DNA of 63,662 bases, filler included, from Chiloscyllium plagiosum (taxonomy: Eukaryota), in NCBI RefSeq assembly GCF_004010195.1. It is 4 parts of one record of this genome, joined end to end, with 100 filler letters (N's around TTAATTAATTAA, not from the genome) between each part and the next. Parts side by side here need not be neighbours in the genome. Positions count along the whole stretch, not along the records: positions 56,498 to 63,662 come from NC_057710.1; 3 more parts are not named here. One strand, 5' to 3'. A program made the position numbers and the translations under genes. Under the pieces are notes generated by a model. It was given only the letters and a program-made list of their open reading frames with translations. It had not been told where the DNA came from and made no database searches. Below, piece after piece: positions 62,540-63,662 of this stretch. Position 1 is the stretch's first letter; every line of letters starts with the position of its first letter.

Positions 62540-63662
62540 CACTACTAGCATCTCTGAAGTGGGTAGAAAGGGTGGAAAGATAGGTGGATGGACAGGCATT
62601 GTTAAGGAAATGACGAGTCTATAAAAGGACTTCGACAGGCTTGGGGAGTGGGCAATGAAGTGGCTGATAGAATACAATATGGGCAAGTGAGAGATTATGC
62701 ACTTTGCTAGGAGGAATAGAGGGGTAGACTTTTTTAAACATGGAAAGACTTCAGAAATTTGAAGCACAGAGGGACTTGGGAGTCCTAGTTCAGAATTTTC
62801 TTAAGGTTAATATGCAGGTTCAGTTGACAATTAGGGAGACAAATGCAACGTTAGCATTCTTTTCAAGAGGGCTAGAATACAAGAGCAGATATGTACTGCT
62901 GAGGCCATATAAGGCTCTGATCAAACCGCATTTGGAATATTGTGAGCAGTTTTGGGCCCAATATCTAAGGAAGGTTGTGTTGGCATTGGATGGGGTCCAG
63001 AGGAGGTTTACAAGAATGCTGGCAAAGATGAAGGGCTTGTCATGTCAGGAGTGATTAAGGATCTGGATCTGTACTTGATGGAGTTCAGAAGGATGAAATG
63101 GGGGTAGGGAGGATCTGATTGAAACTTACGGAATACCAGAAGGCTTGGATACAGTGAAAGTAGAGAAGATATTTCCACTAGTAGGAGAGACTCATGGAAT
63201 ACAGGGAGAACTAGTCATTTGGATACAGAACTGGTTCAAAGGTAGAAGACAGAGGGTGGTGGTGGAGGGTTGTTTTTCAGACTGGAGGTCTGTGACCAGT
63301 GCAGTGCCACAAGGATCGGTGCTGGGCCCTCTACTACTTGTCATTTACATAAATGATTTGGATGTGAGCATAAGAGGTACAGTTAGTAAGTTTGCAGATG
63401 ACACCAAAATTGGAGGTATCATGGACAGCGAAGAGGGTTACCTCAGATTACAACAGGATCTGGACCAATGGGCTGAGAAGTGGCAGATGGAGTTTAATTC
63501 AGATAAATGCGAGGTGCTGCATTTTGGGAAAGCAAATCTTAGCAGGACTTGTACACTTAATGGTAAGGTCCAAGGGAGTGTTGCTGAACAAAGAGACCTT
63601 GGAGTGCAGGTTCATAGCTCCTTGAAAGTGGAGTTGCAGGTAGATAGGATAGTGAAGAAGGT
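62540..63662 (+). mobile_element. Two abutting CR1 fragments (older about 62540-63190; HER1 RT about 63191 to window end)
   Basis: ORF 62740..63054 YKALIKPHLEYCEQFW; then VPQGSVLGP and SKFADDTKIGG nucleotide motifs. Confidence 0.88.

Noticed and set aside
50706..63662. Next FRYL exon (expected to begin VKKVIVYL)
   Set aside because: Not found. The AG at 58347-58348 opens no matching frame; the exon is probably beyond the window or displaced by the 56398 spacer.

Overview
Repeat-dense, mostly intronic vertebrate DNA, very likely from an elasmobranch (shark), inferred from HE1-type tRNA-SINEs and HER1/CR1 LINEs that share a 3' tail. Two host genes are recognisable from recall, both on the + strand: one internal 169-nt exon of SCFD2 (7990-8158) and four consecutive, phase-compatible internal exons of FRYL (40632-50705). 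Neither the flanking SCFD2 exons nor the upstream FRYL exons are visible. The window has one 790-N gap and three artificial 100-nt spacers (44N-TTAATTAATTAA-44N). The first spacer is bridged by a 14-bp target-site duplication, so that join is real. The second separates unrelated elements and is the probable SCFD2/FRYL mis-join. The rest is CR1/HER1, L2 and L1 LINE fragments, SINEs, a pogo/Tigger-like MITE and several Penelope-like (PLE) families. The most notable signal is a set of minimal hammerhead-ribozyme motifs (CUGANGA-stem II-GAAA-NUH) in PLE-type termini. These include an 87-bp TSD-flanked insertion that is little more than an intact hammerhead, and a 271-bp doubly palindromic mini-element. 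Hammerheads in PLEs are a known phenomenon, so I found no clearly new biological system. Other candidates are a SINE-head/PLE-endonuclease chimera, a possible in-frame recursive donor in FRYL, a micro-exon-like cluster and an antisense coiled-coil ORF. Repeat boundaries are approximate unless a TSD or TIR is quoted.
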